DNA of 27,113 nucleotides from positions 2,316-29,428 of the forward strand of contig JAPLZA010000082.1 in assembly GCA_026395275.1 (NCBI GenBank), given 5' to 3'. The position numbers were made by a program, and so were the translations under genes. Each line of letters opens with the position of its first letter. Position 1 is the first letter of the stretch. Below the pieces are notes generated by a model, which saw only the letters and a program-made list of their open reading frames with translations, ran no database searches and had not been told where the DNA came from. This stretch comes from Candidatus Staskawiczbacteria bacterium. GTDB lineage: Bacteria; Patescibacteriota; Minisyncoccia; Minisyncoccales; Staskawiczbacteraceae. Shown here piece after piece: positions 26,394 to 27,113 of this stretch.

Positions 26394-27113
26394 TTAGTCT
26401 GCCATTTTCCAATGCAGAGTTTTGCCTGCCATAAATGGGACTATGCCCGAATATTCACTGGGGACAGTCCAATCCTGTTTGACTAGTTGGATACGTTTGG
26501 TGTTGCGGGGCAAGCCATAGAATCTTGCGCCAAATGTAGAAGCGAAGTTTTCCAGTAAATCCAACCTGCAGAATTCTTCGAATAGTTGAACCAGTAAAGG
26601 AAGCGCAACCGGTGCGTTGAAAACTCCTGCGCAACCGCAGGCGCATTCCTTTTTCTCTTTTAAATGGGGCGCGCTGTCTCCGCCATAGAAAAATTTTGGA
26701 CTTCCACTGAAAGCCGCTTCACGTAACGCCATTCTATCTTGCGGGCGTTTTGCAATTGGTTTGCAGAAATGGTGAGGCGAAAGCATTCCGCCAACAACGT
26801 CGTCGAGCGTAATCATTAAATGGTGTATGGTAATGGTTGCAGCCACGTTGTCGAACATTTTTACAATATCCACAGAGTCGCTGGTAGTGATGTGCTCGAG
26901 CACAATTTTCAGGTCAGGGAATTTTTCTGCAATAGAAATTAGGGTTGAATGGAATTTTTTCTCTCTCTCCATACAGAACACTTCTGGTTTTGGGGATTCT
27001 CCATGCAAGAGCAGAAGCATTCCACATTCTTGCATTGCCTCTAAAACTCCATAGATTCTTTTGAAATCTTGGACACCGTTTTGGGAGTTTGTTGTTACTC
27101 CGATAGGGTAAAC
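26394..27113 (-). CDS. pyrC: Dihydroorotase, homodimeric E. coli type (5' part outside the window)
   Basis: Frame open to the window edge: VYPIGVTTNSQNGV...LLHGE, LEHITT, ATITIHHL, HHFCKPIAK, DSAPH, CACGCAGVFNAP. Confidence 0.92.
   Translation of the reverse strand, partial: VYPIGVTTNSQNGVQDFKRIYGVLEAMQECGMLLLLHGESPKPEVFCMEREKKFHSTLISIAEKFPDLKIVLEHITTSDSVDIVKMFDNVAATITIHHLMITLDDVVGGMLSPHHFCKPIAKRPQDRMALREAAFSGSPKFFYGGDSAPHLKEKKECACGCAGVFNAPVALPLLVQLFEEFCRLDLLENFASTFGARFYGLPRNTKRIQLVKQDWTVPSEYSGIVPFMAGKTLHWKMAD

Noticed and set aside
1271-27054. Many 60-160 aa alternative-frame or antisense ORFs (e.g. 8258..8650, 14465..14863, 15478..15882, 22643..23116, 25333..25683)
   Set aside because: They lie within or opposite well-supported genes, lack recognisable motifs, and look like shadow ORFs.
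1-27113. Alternative genetic code (TGA recoded, as in Gracilibacteria/Absconditabacteria)
   Set aside because: TGA ends several genes at the expected positions (5650, 7800, 9977, 15026), and no conserved gene is interrupted by TGA.

Overview
AT-rich bacterial chromosomal window with 25 probable protein-coding genes; 22 are on the + strand. No rRNA, tRNA, CRISPR array or transposase was recognised. Gene content and the near absence of Shine-Dalgarno sites suggest a Patescibacteria/CPR (Parcubacteria-like) genome using code 11; this is inference, not a database result. Bases 1-12313 are the distal part of a surface-glycan locus: two GT2 (the first frameshifted), two GT4, three SAM methyltransferases, two SDR epimerases (one with GDP-mannose 3,5-epimerase motifs), an O-antigen-ligase-like protein fused to a WecB/TagA glycosyltransferase, and an initiating phosphoglycosyl transferase. 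Then come a secreted HExxH/peptidoglycan-binding protein, murB, hpf, an exported CX5R phosphatase, secA, a GC-rich divergent HIT-like gene on the - strand, an alpha/beta hydrolase, a CAP protein, a HIT protein, a metallophosphoesterase, secD, secF, a sigma70-region-4/HARE-HTH protein, and pyrD plus a partial pyrC on the - strand. The most notable signals are: the ligase-TagA fusion with an internal 24-bp tandem repeat; an EF-hand-like loop inserted in SecD; two intergenic palindromes (before hpf and before secF) sharing a CGAG/CGAG tandem G.A motif on the - strand; and the divergent HIT-like gene. All assignments come from motif recognition by eye.
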